Shown here: positions 1 to 11,989 of the stretch, in pieces
Numbering within the stretch: position 1 is the stretch's first letter
Layout of the letters: every line of letters starts with the position of its first letter
Assembly (NCBI GenBank): GCA_021373185.1
Contig: JAJFTF010000005.1
Coordinates: forward strand, 10,572-74,571
From: Betaproteobacteria bacterium
GTDB taxonomy: Bacteria > Pseudomonadota > Gammaproteobacteria > Burkholderiales > Sulfuricellaceae
Direction of reading: 5' to 3'
Length of the DNA: 64,000 nucleotides
Position numbers and translations under genes: made by a program
Notes under the pieces: model-generated
What the model was told of the DNA's origin: nothing
Databases searched by the model: none
What the model saw: the letters and a program-made list of their open reading frames with translations, nothing else

Positions 1-722
1 TCGAGGGCAAGAAGGGGCAACCCCGCTTCAAACCGCCGTTCCCGGCGAGCTTCGGTCTTTACGGCAAGCCGACCACGATCAACAACACCGAGACCCTGGC
101 GTCGATTCCCTATATCGTCAAGCACGGCGGCCAGAAATTCCTCGAGTTGGGCATACCCAACAATGGCGGCACCAAGATTTTCTCGGTGTCCGGTCATGTC
201 AACAATCCCGGCAATTTCGAGATCGGCATGGGCACGCCGTTCAGCGAACTGCTCAAGATGGCCGGCGGAGTGAAGAACGGGCGCAAGCTGAAAGCGGTGA
301 TTCCCGGCGGCTCCTCGGTGCCGGTGGTGCCGGGCGAGATCATGATGGACCTGACCATGGATTACGATTCCATCGCCAAGGCCGGCTCCTACCTGGGCGC
401 CGGTTCGGTGATCGTGATGGACGACACCGTGTGCATGGTGAAGGCGCTGGAGCGTCTGTCCTATTTCTATTTCGAGGAGTCCTGTGGCCAGTGCACACCC
501 TGCCGCGAAGGTACCGGCTGGCTGTATCGCGTCATCCACCGCATCGAGCACGGTCTCGGCAAGCCGGAAGACCTCGACCTGCTCGAATCGGTCGCCGGCA
601 ACATCATGGGTCGCACCATTTGCGCCCTCGGCGATGCGGCGGCGATGCCGGTGCAGGGCATGCTCAAGCATTACCGCAATGAATTCGAATATCACATTCA
701 GCACAAGAAGTGCATGGTTTAA
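1..722 (+). CDS. nuoF: NADH-quinone oxidoreductase subunit F (5'-truncated by window edge)
   Basis: GAGSVIV and ESCGQCTPCREG...C Fe-S motif; directly upstream of nuoG. Confidence 0.97.
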   Translation, partial: EGKKGQPRFKPPFPASFGLYGKPTTINNTETLASIPYIVKHGGQKFLELGIPNNGGTKIFSVSGHVNNPGNFEIGMGTPFSELLKMAGGVKNGRKLKAVIPGGSSVPVVPGEIMMDLTMDYDSIAKAGSYLGAGSVIVMDDTVCMVKALERLSYFYFEESCGQCTPCREGTGWLYRVIHRIEHGLGKPEDLDLLESVAGNIMGRTICALGDAAAMPVQGMLKHYRNEFEYHIQHKKCMV

Positions 723-727
723 ATGAC

Positions 728-3022
728 ATGCTAAACATCGAAATTGACGGCAAGCAGCTAACGGTCGAGCCCGGCACCAGCATCATCGATGCTGCCGATG
801 CGGCGGGCATTTACATCCCGCGTTTCTGCTACCACAAAAAGCTTTCCGTAGCCGCCAATTGCCGGATGTGCCTGGTTCAGGTCGAGAAAGTGCCCAAGCC
901 TTTGCCGGCCTGCGCCACGCTGGTGACCGACGGCATGAAGGTGATGACCCGCTCCGAAATCGCCATCAAGGCGCAGAAGGCGGTGATGGAATTCCTTCTG
1001 ATCAACCATCCGCTCGATTGCCCGATCTGCGATCAGGGTGGCGAATGCGATCTGCAGGATCTGGCGGTGGGCTACGGCACGGGCGCATCGCGCTACACCG
1101 AAGAAAAGCGCGTGGTGTTCAACAAGAACATCGGCCCGCTGATTACCACCGACATGACGCGCTGCATCAACTGCACGCGCTGCGTGCGTTTCGGCCAGGA
1201 AATCGGCGGCATGATGGAGATGGGCCAGACCGGACGCGGCGAGCATGCCGAAATCACCACCTTCGTCGAGCGTTCGATCAATTCCGAGCTGTCCGGCAAT
1301 ATCATCGACCTGTGCCCAGTCGGCGCGCTCACCAGCAAGCCATTCCGCTACAGCGCACGGGCCTGGGAATTGACCGCGCGGCCATCGGTCAGCCCGCATG
1401 ACGGGCTGGGCGCCAATCTCACGGTACAGACCCGCAGCAACCAGGTGATGCGCGTATTGCCGCGCGACAATGAAGACATCAACGAGTGCTGGCTGTCGGA
1501 CAAGGATCGTTTCGCCTATGAGGGTTTGAATTCCGCCGACCGCTTGCAGCACCCGATGATCAAACGCGATGGCGCCTGGCACGAATGCAGTTGGCAGGAA
1601 GCGCTCGATTTCGCCGCTACCCAGCTCAAGCGCATCCGCGACGAGCAGGGCGAAGAACAGATCGCCGCGCTGGCTTCGCCGCATGCCACGCTGGAAGAGC
1701 TTTATTTGCTGCAAAAACTTGTGCGCGGCATCGGCAGCAACAATATCGATCACCGCTTGCGCCAGCCCGATTTCAGTGCCGACGCCGGCTTGCAGGGCGC
1801 GCCCTGGCTGGGGATGAGCATCGCCGATCTGAGCCAGCTCAACAGCGTCCTGGTGGTCGGCAGCACGTTGCGCGCCGATCATCCTTTAATCGCGATGCGC
1901 CTGCGTCAGGCGGCAAAACGCGGTGCGCAGCTCAACCTGATCAATCCGGTCGATGACGATCTGCTGTGCCCGGTCGCCAACAAATCCATCGTCGCGCCCG
2001 ACGCGATGGTGGCTGCACTCGATCAAGTACGGCGCGCCCTGGCAGGTGAATCAGCCGATGTAACTGCACAAGCCATTGCCGCCAGCCTCAAGGGCGGCGA
2101 GCGCAAGGCCGTGCTACTCGGCAACTTGGCACAGCACCATCCGCGCTATGCCGAGTTGCATGCTCTGGCGCAGCAGATCGCCGAGCTGGCCGGCGCTCAA
2201 TTCGGTTTCCTCGGCGAGGCGTCAAATAGTGTCGGCGCTTATCTGGCCGGTGCAGTGCCGAGCGACGGCGGCATGAATGCCGCGCAGATGCTCGACGATC
2301 CGCGCCGCGCCTATATTCTGCTTGGCGTTGAAGCGGAACTGGACAGCTACAATCCAGGCAAAACCCTGGCCGCATTGCAGGCGGCGCAACTGGTGGTTTC
2401 GCTCTGCGCCTACAAGGGCAAGGCGCCGGATTATGCACACGTGCTGCTGCCGGTGGCGCCGTTCACTGAAACCTCCGGCACATTCGTCAATACCGAGGGG
2501 CGTGCGCAAAGCTTCAATGCGGTCGTCAAGCCGCTGGGCGAAGCCCGCCCGGCCTGGAAAGTATTGCGCGTGCTGGGCAACCTGATGGAGCTGGCGGGTT
2601 TCGATTACGATAGTTCGGAGCAAGTGCAGGCCGAAGCGCTGACTGGCGACCTCAGCGCAAAATTGAACAACCGCTTGAAAGCATCGGCCACCGCCACGGC
2701 AGGACTTTCAGTGAACGGCTTGCAGCGCATCGGCGAGGTGTCGGCCTATCACGCCGATGCCATCGTGCGTCGCGCCGCCTCCTTGCAGAAAACTGCGGCT
2801 GCGGCGATTCCGGGTGCATGGATGAACGGCGAAACGCTGGCCAAGGTGGGTGCGACTGAAGGCATGGATATCACCGTCCGCCAGGGAGAAGGGCACGCCG
2901 TCCTCAAGGCGATGCGCGACGACCGTCTGCCTGCGAGTTGCGTGCGGCTGGCTGCGGGGCATCCCGCGACCACCATGCTGGGCGGGTTGATGGATGAAAT
3001 CGTGGTGGAGCGGGCAGGATAA
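728..3022 (+). CDS. nuoG: NADH-quinone oxidoreductase subunit G
   Basis: [39 protein letters not shown] motifs; start placed at ATG 728. Confidence 0.97.
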   Translation: MLNIEIDGKQLTVEPGTSIIDAADAAGIYIPRFCYHKKLSVAANCRMCLVQVEKVPKPLPACATLVTDGMKVMTRSEIAIKAQKAVMEFLLINHPLDCPICDQGGECDLQDLAVGYGTGASRYTEEKRVVFNKNIGPLITTDMTRCINCTRCVRFGQEIGGMMEMGQTGRGEHAEITTFVERSINSELSGNIIDLCPVGALTSKPFRYSARAWELTARPSVSPHDGLGANLTVQTRSNQVMRVLPRDNEDINECWLSDKDRFAYEGLNSADRLQHPMIKRDGAWHECSWQEALDFAATQLKRIRDEQGEEQIAALASPHATLEELYLLQKLVRGIGSNNIDHRLRQPDFSADAGLQGAPWLGMSIADLSQLNSVLVVGSTLRADHPLIAMRLRQAAKRGAQLNLINPVDDDLLCPVANKSIVAPDAMVAALDQVRRALAGESADVTAQAIAASLKGGERKAVLLGNLAQHHPRYAELHALAQQIAELAGAQFGFLGEASNSVGAYLAGAVPSDGGMNAAQMLDDPRRAYILLGVEAELDSYNPGKTLAALQAAQLVVSLCAYKGKAPDYAHVLLPVAPFTETSGTFVNTEGRAQSFNAVVKPLGEARPAWKVLRVLGNLMELAGFDYDSSEQVQAEALTGDLSAKLNNRLKASATATAGLSVNGLQRIGEVSAYHADAIVRRAASLQKTAAAAIPGAWMNGETLAKVGATEGMDITVRQGEGHAVLKAMRDDRLPASCVRLAAGHPATTMLGGLMDEIVVERAG

Positions 3023-3024
3023 TC

Positions 3025-4062
3025 ATGACTGAAATAATCGCGATTCTTCAGGGATTTTTCGGCTTTGCCTGGCCGTTGATATACAGCATGGCCAAGATTG
3101 TCGCCATCGTCGCGCCGCTGATGCTGGGCGTGGCTTACCTGACCTACGCCGAGCGCAAGATCATCGGCTACATGCAGGTGCGCATCGGCCCCAACCGTGT
3201 CGGCCCCAAGGGCTGGTTGCAGCCGATTGCCGACGCGCTCAAGTTGCTGATGAAAGAAATCCTGATCCCCGCCGGCGCCAACAAGATGATCTTCCTGCTG
3301 GCGCCGGTACTGGCCATCGGCCCGGCATTGGCGGCGTGGGCCGTAGTGCCGTTCTCGCCGGAACTGGTGCTGGCGAACATCGACGCCAGCCTGCTCTACA
3401 TCATGGGGATCACCTCGATGGGCGTGTACGGCATTGTGCTGGCGGGCTGGGCGTCGAACTCGAAATATGCTTTCCTCGGCGGCATGCGCGCTGCGGCCCA
3501 GATCGTTTCCTACGAGATCGCCATGGGCTTTGCCCTGGTCGGCGTGCTGATGGCGGCGCAGAGCCTGAATCTGGTGGAAATCGTCAAGGCCCAGCATGGC
3601 GGCATGTTTAGCTGGTACTGGCTACCGCTGTTCCCGTTGTTCATCGTTTACCTGATCTCCGGGCTGGCGGAAACCAACCGTGCGCCGTTCGACGTGGTCG
3701 AGGGCGAGTCCGAAATCGTCGGCTTCCATGTCGAATATTCCGGCATGGCGTTTGCGATCTTCTTCCTGGCCGAATATGCCAACATGATCCTGGTCGCAAC
3801 CATGACCTCGCTGATGTTCCTGGGCGGCTGGAATCCGCTGTTCGATTTTGCGCCGTTCAACATGGTTCCCGGCTTCTTCTGGCTGATTTCCAAGGTGCTG
3901 TTCGTGCTGTTCCTGTTCCTCTGGTTCCGTGCCACTTTCCCGCGCTATCGCTATGACCAGATCATGCGTCTCGGCTGGAAGGTATTCATCCCCGTAACCC
4001 TGGTGTGGATCGTGGTGGTTGGCGCCGCCATGCAGACCCCCTACGGCTACCTGTTCCATTGA
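3025..4062 (+). CDS. nuoH: NADH-quinone oxidoreductase subunit H
   Basis: [26 protein letters not shown] motifs; hydrophobic; operon order. Confidence 0.97.
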   Translation: MTEIIAILQGFFGFAWPLIYSMAKIVAIVAPLMLGVAYLTYAERKIIGYMQVRIGPNRVGPKGWLQPIADALKLLMKEILIPAGANKMIFLLAPVLAIGPALAAWAVVPFSPELVLANIDASLLYIMGITSMGVYGIVLAGWASNSKYAFLGGMRAAAQIVSYEIAMGFALVGVLMAAQSLNLVEIVKAQHGGMFSWYWLPLFPLFIVYLISGLAETNRAPFDVVEGESEIVGFHVEYSGMAFAIFFLAEYANMILVATMTSLMFLGGWNPLFDFAPFNMVPGFFWLISKVLFVLFLFLWFRATFPRYRYDQIMRLGWKVFIPVTLVWIVVVGAAMQTPYGYLFH

Positions 4063-4072
4063 GGAAAAGAGC

Positions 4073-4561
4073 GTGAACAAGATCAAAAGCTTTTTTTCGA
4101 CTTTCCTGCTGATCGAGCTGCTCAAGGGCATGGCGCTGACCGGGCGCTACATGTTTGCGCGCAAGATCACCATCCAGTTCCCTGAGGAACGCACGCCGAT
4201 GTCGTCGCGTTTTCGCGGCCTGCACGCACTACGTCGTTATCCCAATGGCGAAGAGCGCTGCATCGCCTGCAAGCTGTGCGAAGCGGTCTGTCCGGCGCTG
4301 GCGATCAACATCGAACTGGCGCAGCGCGATGATGGAACAAGGCGCACTACGCGCTACGACATCGACCTGACCAAGTGCATTTTCTGCGGTTTCTGCGAGG
4401 AAGCCTGCCCGGTGGATGCGATCGTCGAAACCCGGATATTCGATTATCACGGCGAAAAGCGCGGCGATCTCTACTACACCAAGGAAATGCTGCTTGCCGT
4501 GGGCGACAAGAACGAAGCACAGATTGCCCATGACAAGGCGGCGGATGCGAAATACCGTTGA
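4073..4561 (+). CDS. nuoI: NADH-quinone oxidoreductase subunit I
   Basis: Two CxxCxxCxxxCP ferredoxin motifs; GTG start at 4073 after GAGGA. Confidence 0.96.
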   Translation: MNKIKSFFSTFLLIELLKGMALTGRYMFARKITIQFPEERTPMSSRFRGLHALRRYPNGEERCIACKLCEAVCPALAINIELAQRDDGTRRTTRYDIDLTKCIFCGFCEEACPVDAIVETRIFDYHGEKRGDLYYTKEMLLAVGDKNEAQIAHDKAADAKYR

Positions 4562-4607
4562 AATACAGAATTAACCTGCGGCGAAATGATTTTTGTGGAA
4601 TATCTAA

Positions 4608-5210
4608 ATGAACTTTGAATTGCTGGTTTTTTACTTCCTCGCGACGATTCTGCTGTTCGCCGGCCTGCGCGTGGTGACTGCGCGCCATCCGGTGCATGCG
4701 GCGCTATATCTGGTGCTGGCGTTCTTTACCGGCGCGGGGCTGTGGCTGTTGCTGGAGGCCGAGTTTCTGGCGATCACGCTGGTGCTGGTGTATATCGGCG
4801 CGGTGATGGTGCTGTTCCTGTTCGTGGTGATGATGATGAACCTGAACATCGAAAAAATGCGCGACGGATTCTGGTCCAATCTGCCTCTGGCGGCCTTTGT
4901 CGGTATTCTGATGGCAATCGAGATGTCGCTGGTATTGACGGTGGCTGGACGCACCATCGGCTCCGACCCTCATGCCCATGCCGCCGGCTACAGCAATACC
5001 AAGGAGCTGGGCCGCCTGATTTATACCGATTATGTTTATCCGTTCGAACTCGCCGCCGTGATCCTGCTGGTGGCGATTGTCGCCGCCATTGCAATCACGC
5101 TGCGCCGCCGGACTGGCACCAAGCATCAGGATCCGGCATGGCAGGTTCGCGTCAAGCGCGACGACCGCGTGCGCCTGGTGTCGATGCCTGCCGAGAAAGA
5201 AGGGGACTGA
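4608..5210 (+). CDS. nuoJ: NADH-quinone oxidoreductase subunit J
   Basis: [16 protein letters not shown] motif, YVYPFE; operon order. Confidence 0.96.
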   Translation: MNFELLVFYFLATILLFAGLRVVTARHPVHAALYLVLAFFTGAGLWLLLEAEFLAITLVLVYIGAVMVLFLFVVMMMNLNIEKMRDGFWSNLPLAAFVGILMAIEMSLVLTVAGRTIGSDPHAHAAGYSNTKELGRLIYTDYVYPFELAAVILLVAIVAAIAITLRRRTGTKHQDPAWQVRVKRDDRVRLVSMPAEKEGD

Positions 5211-5211
5211 C

Positions 5212-5517
5212 ATGCCGACATTGACCCATTACCTGATTCTCGGCGCGCTGTTGTTTGCCATCAGCGTGGTCGGCATTTTCCTCAACCGCAAAAACCTGAT
5301 CGTCGTCCTGATGGCGATCGAGCTGATGCTGCTGGCAGTGAACATGAATTTTGTCGCTTTTTCCCATTACTTGCATGACACCGCCGGGCAGGTTTTCGTA
5401 TTTTTCATCCTCACGGTTGCCGCAGCCGAATCGGCCATTGGTCTGGCGATTCTGGTGGCATTGTTCCGCAATATGAATACGGTCAATGTCGCGGAAATGG
5501 ATCATTTGAAAGGGTAA
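5212..5517 (+). CDS. nuoK: NADH-quinone oxidoreductase subunit K
   Basis: [22 protein letters not shown] motifs; ATG at 5212. Confidence 0.96.
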   Translation: MPTLTHYLILGALLFAISVVGIFLNRKNLIVVLMAIELMLLAVNMNFVAFSHYLHDTAGQVFVFFILTVAAAESAIGLAILVALFRNMNTVNVAEMDHLKG

Positions 5518-5553
5518 GGGTGAGGCGTGTTCCCCTCGCACCTGACATAAATT

Positions 5554-7536
5554 ATGACTGAAATGCAAAATCTCTATCTGCTGGTGCCGCTGGCGCCGCT
5601 AGCCGGCGCGCTGATCGCTGGCCTGTTCGGCTGGCTGATCGGGCGCGCTGCATGCCACTGGGTGACCATTCTCGGCGTGCTGGTCTCCTTCGTTGCGTCC
5701 ATCGCGATCTTTCAGGACGTGCTCGCCGGACACACCTTCAACGGCAGCGTCTACACCTGGCTCACCACCGGAGAAACCCGCTTCGAAGTCGGCTTCCTGA
5801 TCGACCGCCTCACCACTCTGATGATGCTGGTGGTGACCTTCGTTTCACTGATGGTGCACATTTATACTATCGGCTACATGGCCGAAGACCCCGGCTACCA
5901 GCGTTTCTTCAGCTATATTTCGCTGTTCACTTTCTCGATGCTGATGCTGGTGATGTCGAACAATTTCGTTCAGTTGTTCTTCGGCTGGGAAGCGGTGGGC
6001 CTGGTGTCATATCTGCTGATCGGCTTCTGGTATACCCGCCCGACGGCAATTTATGCCAACCTCAAAGCCTTCCTGGTCAACCGCGTCGGCGACTTCGGCT
6101 TCCTGCTGGGCATCGGTCTGGTGCTGGCTTATTTCGGCACGCTGGATTATGCGGCTGTGTTCGCCCAGGCGCCGCAGATGGCGAGCCACACCATCAGCCT
6201 GTTTGAAGGGCAAACCTGGTCGCTGCTGACGGTGATCTGCATCCTGCTGTTCATCGGCGCGATGGGCAAATCGGCCCAGTTCCCGCTGCACGTCTGGCTG
6301 CCCGATTCGATGGAAGGCCCGACGCCGATTTCCGCCCTGATCCACGCCGCCACCATGGTGACCGCCGGTATTTTCATGGTGGCGCGCATGTCGCCGCTGT
6401 TCGAACTGTCCGAAACGGCGCTGTCCGTGGTCATGGTGATCGGCGCGATTACCGCACTGTTCATGGGTTTCCTCGGCGTGATCCAGAACGACATCAAGCG
6501 CGTGGTGGCTTATTCCACCCTGTCCCAGCTCGGCTACATGACGGTGGCGCTGGGCGCCTCGGCCTATTCGGTGGCGATCTTCCACCTGATGACTCACGCT
6601 TTCTTCAAGGCGCTGTTGTTCCTGGCGGCGGGTTCGGTGATCATCGGCATGCACCACGACCAGGACATCCGCAACATGGGCGGCCTGCGCAAGTACATGC
6701 CGATCACCTGGATCACTTCGCTGATCGGTTCGCTGGCGTTGATCGGCACGCCGTTCCTGTCCGGTTTTTACTCCAAGGACAGCATCATCGAGGCGGTCGG
6801 GCTGTCGCATCTGCCCGGTTCCGGTTTCGCTTATTTCGCGGTAGTGACGGGCGTGTTCGTCACTGCGTTCTATTCCTTCCGCATGTATTTCCTGGTGTTC
6901 CACGGCAAGGAACGGTTTTCGCTGCATGCCGCGCACGGTCACGATAGCCATGGCCATGGCGGTGCGCCGCACGAGTCGCCCTGGGTGGTGACCTTCCCGC
7001 TTGTCATGCTGGCAATCCCTTCGGTCGTGATCGGCTACATGGCGATTGAACCGATGTTGTTCGGTAATTATTTCAGTGGCGCGATTTTTGTTTCGGAACA
7101 TCACCACGCCATGGCAGAGCTTGCCAGCGAGTTCCACAGCGCGGCCAGCATGGCACTGCATGCGTTGACCACCTTGCCGTTCTGGCTGGCGCTTGCCGGC
7201 GTGGGATCATCCTGGTTCTTCTACATGAAGCGCCCGGATATTCCCGCGATGATCAAACAGCGTTTCAGCCTGATTTATTCGATCCTCGAACGCAAATACG
7301 GCTTCGATGAATTCAACGACTGGTTTTTTGCCGGCGGCGCACGCCTGGTCGGTCGCTTCCTGTGGAAGGGCGGCGATGTCGCGGTGATCGACGGTTTCTT
7401 CGTCAACGGCACGGCGCGCATGGTGGGGTGGATCTCCTCGCTGGTTCGCCAATTCCAGACCGGTTACATTTTCCATTATGCGTTCGCCATGATCATCGGC
7501 GTGTTCGTACTGATGACGCTGTTCGTGAAGGGATAA
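5554..7536 (+). CDS. nuoL: NADH-quinone oxidoreductase subunit L
   Basis: GKSAQFPLHVWLPDSMEGPTPISALIHAATMV motif. Confidence 0.97.
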   Translation: MTEMQNLYLLVPLAPLAGALIAGLFGWLIGRAACHWVTILGVLVSFVASIAIFQDVLAGHTFNGSVYTWLTTGETRFEVGFLIDRLTTLMMLVVTFVSLMVHIYTIGYMAEDPGYQRFFSYISLFTFSMLMLVMSNNFVQLFFGWEAVGLVSYLLIGFWYTRPTAIYANLKAFLVNRVGDFGFLLGIGLVLAYFGTLDYAAVFAQAPQMASHTISLFEGQTWSLLTVICILLFIGAMGKSAQFPLHVWLPDSMEGPTPISALIHAATMVTAGIFMVARMSPLFELSETALSVVMVIGAITALFMGFLGVIQNDIKRVVAYSTLSQLGYMTVALGASAYSVAIFHLMTHAFFKALLFLAAGSVIIGMHHDQDIRNMGGLRKYMPITWITSLIGSLALIGTPFLSGFYSKDSIIEAVGLSHLPGSGFAYFAVVTGVFVTAFYSFRMYFLVFHGKERFSLHAAHGHDSHGHGGAPHESPWVVTFPLVMLAIPSVVIGYMAIEPMLFGNYFSGAIFVSEHHHAMAELASEFHSAASMALHALTTLPFWLALAGVGSSWFFYMKRPDIPAMIKQRFSLIYSILERKYGFDEFNDWFFAGGARLVGRFLWKGGDVAVIDGFFVNGTARMVGWISSLVRQFQTGYIFHYAFAMIIGVFVLMTLFVKG

Positions 7537-7545
7537 GAACAAGAT

Positions 7546-9027
7546 ATGTTTGCTGGTTCGTCATGGTTGAGTCTGGTTATCTGGGTGCCGATTGCGGCGG
7601 GCGCGGTCGTGCTCGCCACCGGCAGTGATCGCAATGCAGGACTGGCGCGGGTGCTGGCGCTGATCGGCGCACTGGCCGGCTTCGCGGTCAGTCTGCCGCT
7701 ATACACCCAGTTCGATACCTTGCAGGCGGGTATGCAGTTTGTCGAGATCGCCCCCTGGATCGAAACCTTCAAGGTGACCTACCACCTCGGTGTGGATGGT
7801 ATTTCCGTGCTGTTCATCCTGTTGACCAGTTTTACCACGGTGCTGGTGGTGATCGCCGGTTGGAAAGTGATCGAGAAGCGCGTCGCGCAATACATGGCGG
7901 CCTTCCTGTTCATGTCCGGCCTGATGAACGGTGTTTTCGCCGCGCTCGACGCCGTGCTGTTCTACGTGTTCTGGGAAGCGATGCTGATTCCGATGTTCCT
8001 GATCATCGGCGTGTGGGGCGGGCCGAACCGGGTCTATGCGGCGGTCAAGTTCTTCCTCTATACCTTGCTCGGCTCCCTGCTGATGCTGGTGGCGTTCATT
8101 TATCTTTACAGCAAGGTCGGCACTTTCGAGATCCTCGATTTCCACCGCCTGCCGTTGACCATGAACGAGCAGATTTTCATTTTCATCGCCTTCTTCATGG
8201 CGTTTGCGGTCAAGGTACCGATGTGGCCGGTGCACACCTGGCTGCCGGACGCGCACGTCGAAGCGCCCACCGGCGGTTCCGTGGTGCTGGCGGCGATCAT
8301 GCTGAAAATGGGCGCTTACGGCTTCCTGCGTCTGTCGTTGCCGATCACGCCCGACGCGAGCCATGCCCTGTCCGGCGTGATGATTACCCTGTCGCTGATC
8401 GCCGTGGTTTACATCGGCCTGGTTGCGCTGGTGCAGGCCGACATGAAGAAGCTGATCGCCTATTCCTCGATTTCGCACATGGGTTTCGTCACGCTCGGCA
8501 TGTTCATCTTCAACGCATATGGCGTCGAAGGCGCGCTGGTGCAGATGATTTCCCACGGCTTCATTTCCGCTGCGCTGTTCCTCTGCGTCGGCGTGCTGTA
8601 CGACCGCATGCACAGCCGCATGATCGCCGACTACGGCGGGGTGGCGAACCGGATGCCGAAGTTCGCCGCGTTCTTTGTGCTGTTTGCCATGGCCAATTCC
8701 GGCCTGCCGGCGACCAGCGGTTTTGTCGGCGAATTCATGGTGATCATGGGCGCGATCAAGGTCAATTTCTGGTACGCCGTTCTTGCCGCCATCACGCTGA
8801 TTTTCGGCGCGGCCTACACGCTGTGGATGGTCAAGCGCGTGGTGTTCGGCGCAGTGGCCAACGACCATGTCGAGCAGCTTGACGACATCTCGGCGCGCGA
8901 ATTCCTGGTACTCGGATTGCTGGCCGTTGCGGTACTCGCCATGGGCCTGTATCCGCTACCGTTTACCGAGGTGATGCACCATTCGGTGAGCAACCTGCTG
9001 TCGCATGTGGCGCAGAGCAAGCTTTAA
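7546..9027 (+). CDS. nuoM: NADH-quinone oxidoreductase subunit M
   Basis: KVPMWPVHTWLPDAHVEAP motif. Confidence 0.97.
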   Translation: MFAGSSWLSLVIWVPIAAGAVVLATGSDRNAGLARVLALIGALAGFAVSLPLYTQFDTLQAGMQFVEIAPWIETFKVTYHLGVDGISVLFILLTSFTTVLVVIAGWKVIEKRVAQYMAAFLFMSGLMNGVFAALDAVLFYVFWEAMLIPMFLIIGVWGGPNRVYAAVKFFLYTLLGSLLMLVAFIYLYSKVGTFEILDFHRLPLTMNEQIFIFIAFFMAFAVKVPMWPVHTWLPDAHVEAPTGGSVVLAAIMLKMGAYGFLRLSLPITPDASHALSGVMITLSLIAVVYIGLVALVQADMKKLIAYSSISHMGFVTLGMFIFNAYGVEGALVQMISHGFISAALFLCVGVLYDRMHSRMIADYGGVANRMPKFAAFFVLFAMANSGLPATSGFVGEFMVIMGAIKVNFWYAVLAAITLIFGAAYTLWMVKRVVFGAVANDHVEQLDDISAREFLVLGLLAVAVLAMGLYPLPFTEVMHHSVSNLLSHVAQSKL

Positions 9028-9039
9028 GAAAGACCTAGA

Positions 9040-10488
9040 ATGACATTCGTCACCCCCAACCTGATCCCCGCCCTGTCCGAAATCTTCGTGCTGATCATGG
9101 CATCGCTGATTCTGGTGGTGGACGTGTTCCTGTCCAACCGCAACCGTTACATCAGTTACGCCCTGACCCAGTTGACCTTGCTGGGCGCTGCCTGGATTAC
9201 CATCAGCAGCGGCAGCACGGATGTCGTCTACACCTTCAACGGCATGTTCGTCGGCGACGTGATGGCCAATATGCTGAAGATGATGACTTATCTCGCCGTA
9301 TCGGCGATGCTGGTTTATTCCCGCAGCTACATCCAGTTGCGCAACCTGTTCACTGGCGAATTTTTCGTGCTGGTGCTGTTCGCCATGCTGGGCATGATGG
9401 TGATGATCTCCGCCAGCCATTTCCTGACGCTTTATCTCGGTCTCGAACTGCTTTCCCTGAGCCTTTACTCGCTGGTCGCGCTACAGCGCGATTCGGCGCA
9501 GGCTACCGAAGCGGCGATGAAATATTTCGTGCTCGGCGCACTGGCTTCCGGCCTGCTGCTCTACGGCATGTCGATGATCTACGGCGCGACCGGCAGCCTG
9601 GAAATCAGCAAGGTGGCTGCCGCGATTCAGCATGGAGACGGCGGCAGAACCGTGCTGGCGTTCGGCCTGGTGTTCATCGTTGCCGGCCTGGCCTTCAAGC
9701 TGGGCGTGGTGCCGTTTCACATGTGGATACCGGACGTCTACCAAGGCGCGCCAACCGCAGTAACCCTGTTCATCGGTTCCGCGCCGAAAATCGCCGCTTT
9801 CGCCTTCGTCATGCGTTTGCTGGCGGAAGGCCTGAACGGGTTGGTGCACGACTGGCAGGGCATGCTGATAATCATGGCGGTGCTGTCGATGGCCATCGGC
9901 AACCTTGCCGCCATCGCGCAGACCAACATCAAACGCATGCTGGCCTACTCCACCATTTCGCACATGGGCTTTTTGCTGCTCGGTATTCTTTCCGGCACCC
10001 TGAACGGCTACAGCAGCTCGATGTTCTACGTGCTGGCCTACGTGCTGATGAGCCTGGGTTCCTTCGGCATGATCCTGCTGCTGTCGCGCAAGGGATTCGA
10101 GGCGGAAAACCTCGACGATTTCAAGGGGCTGAACCAGCGCAAGCCGTGGTATGCCTTCATGCTGCTGCTGATCATGTTCTCCATGGCCGGCGTACCGCCG
10201 ACCGTGGGCTTCTATGCCAAGCTGTCGGTGCTGCAGGCGGCGCTGTCTGCCGGCTATCTCTGGCTGGTAGTGTTCGCGGTGCTGATGTCGGTGATCGGCG
10301 CGTTCTACTATCTGCGCATCATCAAGCTGATGTACTTCGATGCGCCGCTGGATCAGGCGCCGATTGAATCGCAGCCCGATTCCAGCATGCTGATCAGCCT
10401 GAACGGCATGGCGGTGCTGGCGCTCGGCATCCTGCCGCAACCGTTGATGGCGCTGTGCGCCTATAGTATCCAGAAATCCTTGCTATGA
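9040..10488 (+). CDS. nuoN: NADH-quinone oxidoreductase subunit N
   Basis: [31 protein letters not shown] motifs. Confidence 0.97.
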   Translation: MTFVTPNLIPALSEIFVLIMASLILVVDVFLSNRNRYISYALTQLTLLGAAWITISSGSTDVVYTFNGMFVGDVMANMLKMMTYLAVSAMLVYSRSYIQLRNLFTGEFFVLVLFAMLGMMVMISASHFLTLYLGLELLSLSLYSLVALQRDSAQATEAAMKYFVLGALASGLLLYGMSMIYGATGSLEISKVAAAIQHGDGGRTVLAFGLVFIVAGLAFKLGVVPFHMWIPDVYQGAPTAVTLFIGSAPKIAAFAFVMRLLAEGLNGLVHDWQGMLIIMAVLSMAIGNLAAIAQTNIKRMLAYSTISHMGFLLLGILSGTLNGYSSSMFYVLAYVLMSLGSFGMILLLSRKGFEAENLDDFKGLNQRKPWYAFMLLLIMFSMAGVPPTVGFYAKLSVLQAALSAGYLWLVVFAVLMSVIGAFYYLRIIKLMYFDAPLDQAPIESQPDSSMLISLNGMAVLALGILPQPLMALCAYSIQKSLL

Positions 10489-10787
10489 CGCAGGTCTGGA
10501 TCGTCCTGGCACTGGCGTTTGCCGCCGCCAACCTGCCTTTCCTGCTGGAGCGCCGCCTGCTGGTACTGCCTGCTGGCAAGGGCGGCAAAAACGCGGGCTG
10601 GCATCTGCTGGAACTGGTGCTGCTGTACTTCGTCGTCGGCGGAATTGCCTGGCTGGTGGAAAAAAATCTCGGCCCGGTGCAGCGCCAGAACTGGGAGTTC
10701 TATGCCACGACCGGATGCCTGTTCCTGGTGTTCGCTTTCCCCGGCTTCATCTACCGCTTTCTCTGGCGCCACAAGGGCGCCGCCTGA
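10485..10787 (+). CDS. DUF2818-type small membrane protein
   Basis: ANLPF and QNWEFY motifs; usual position after nuoN in betaproteobacteria. Confidence 0.8.
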   Translation: MTQVWIVLALAFAAANLPFLLERRLLVLPAGKGGKNAGWHLLELVLLYFVVGGIAWLVEKNLGPVQRQNWEFYATTGCLFLVFAFPGFIYRFLWRHKGAA

Positions 10788-10871
10788 CCCGACTCCTCCC
10801 GCTGTTGTCGTTGGTCGGAAATCCGGGAATGCGTTCTGCTTTGCCTTTCATCAAGCTTGAATCGAGAGATC

Positions 10872-11429
10872 ATGGATGCCCCTGATTTAACCGAAAAACA
10901 ATTGTCCACCCGCAACGTCTTCGATGGCCGCCTGCTGCACGTGCGGGAAGACCAGGTGACGCTGCCCAACGGCAAAACCGCCACGCGCGAATACATCGTC
11001 CATCCCGGTGCGGTGGTGGTGGTTCCTGTGCTGGATGACGGCGATATCCTGATGGTGCGCCAGTTCCGCTACCCGCTGAACCGCGATTTTTACGAGCTGC
11101 CCGCCGGCAAGATCGACTCCGGCGAAGAAACGCTGGTTTGCGGCCAGCGCGAGCTGCTGGAAGAAACCGGTTACGCTGCAGAAACATGGCAGCTTCTGAC
11201 CACGATCCATCCCTGCATCGGCTATTCCGACGAGCGGATATTGATCTACCTCGCACAGGGCTTGAGCGAGCACGGCCACCGTCGCGACGAGGACGAGTTT
11301 CTGGAGAACGTCCGGCTGCCGCTGGCGACCGCCATGGAATGGGTGCGCGACGGCCGCATCAGCGACGTCAAGACCATGGTCGGCCTGTTCTGGGCAGAGA
11401 AAATTATCAAAAATAAGTGGGTGCCGTAG
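10872..11429 (+). CDS. NUDIX hydrolase, ADP-ribose pyrophosphatase-like
   Basis: Nudix box ELPAGKID...RELLEETGY; RQFRYP. Confidence 0.9.
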   Translation: MDAPDLTEKQLSTRNVFDGRLLHVREDQVTLPNGKTATREYIVHPGAVVVVPVLDDGDILMVRQFRYPLNRDFYELPAGKIDSGEETLVCGQRELLEETGYAAETWQLLTTIHPCIGYSDERILIYLAQGLSEHGHRRDEDEFLENVRLPLATAMEWVRDGRISDVKTMVGLFWAEKIIKNKWVP

Positions 11430-11489
11430 AATGTAGATTGCTGGAATGTCAGACCTCGCACGGATCATTCGAGGGGCTCATCGTTTGGT

Positions 11490-11849
11490 ATGAGGAGGGA
11501 TATGGAAAAGTTTCGAGGCGCGTCTCCTTTTGTGGATGTTGATGTAAAGGATATTCCTGGAATTCTCATTCAAGGCCCAGATGGCATTACAACAATTGTC
11601 CTGTGTGTGTTGTTTTTGATAATGGGTCTATTTCCAGTAGTCGTTAGCCAATTAGGGATTTTTTTTCACTTTGAGCTTGCAAAAAACACGTCGTCATACA
11701 TGTTCTTATTGTTTCCGATATTGTTTTTTCTCATTTATATGAGGCTAAGCGGTATTAATACATCCAGAATCGGTGCTTATTTTAATGCACTGATGCTCAT
11801 TGCCGCTGCGTCACTTTTTTTCAATGCATCAATTGTTTGGCGGATTTAA
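11490..11849 (+). CDS. Hypothetical AT-rich membrane protein (about 3 TM)
   Basis: 119-aa ORF with hydrophobic segments, base composition unlike flanking genes; start uncertain. Confidence 0.55.
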   Translation: MRRDMEKFRGASPFVDVDVKDIPGILIQGPDGITTIVLCVLFLIMGLFPVVVSQLGIFFHFELAKNTSSYMFLLFPILFFLIYMRLSGINTSRIGAYFNALMLIAAASLFFNASIVWRI

Positions 11850-11924
11850 AAAACAGCAAGTGCAGGGCACAGTCGTTTACGTCAAATGTGGCAACCGGCA
11901 ATGAGTGTTTCGTTTATTGGTGCC

Positions 11925-11950
11925 CTTGAATTCATGATTTTCATCCCTAT
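11925..11950 (+). promoter_or_regulatory. Sigma-32 (RpoH)-type promoter of htpG
   Basis: CTTGAA-N14-CCCTAT, about 40 bp upstream of htpG ATG; matches CTTGAA-N13-15-CCCCAT consensus. Confidence 0.7.
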
Positions 11951-11989
11951 TCTAGGACAGAGCCATTTTTCAATCGGAGAGATAACAGC

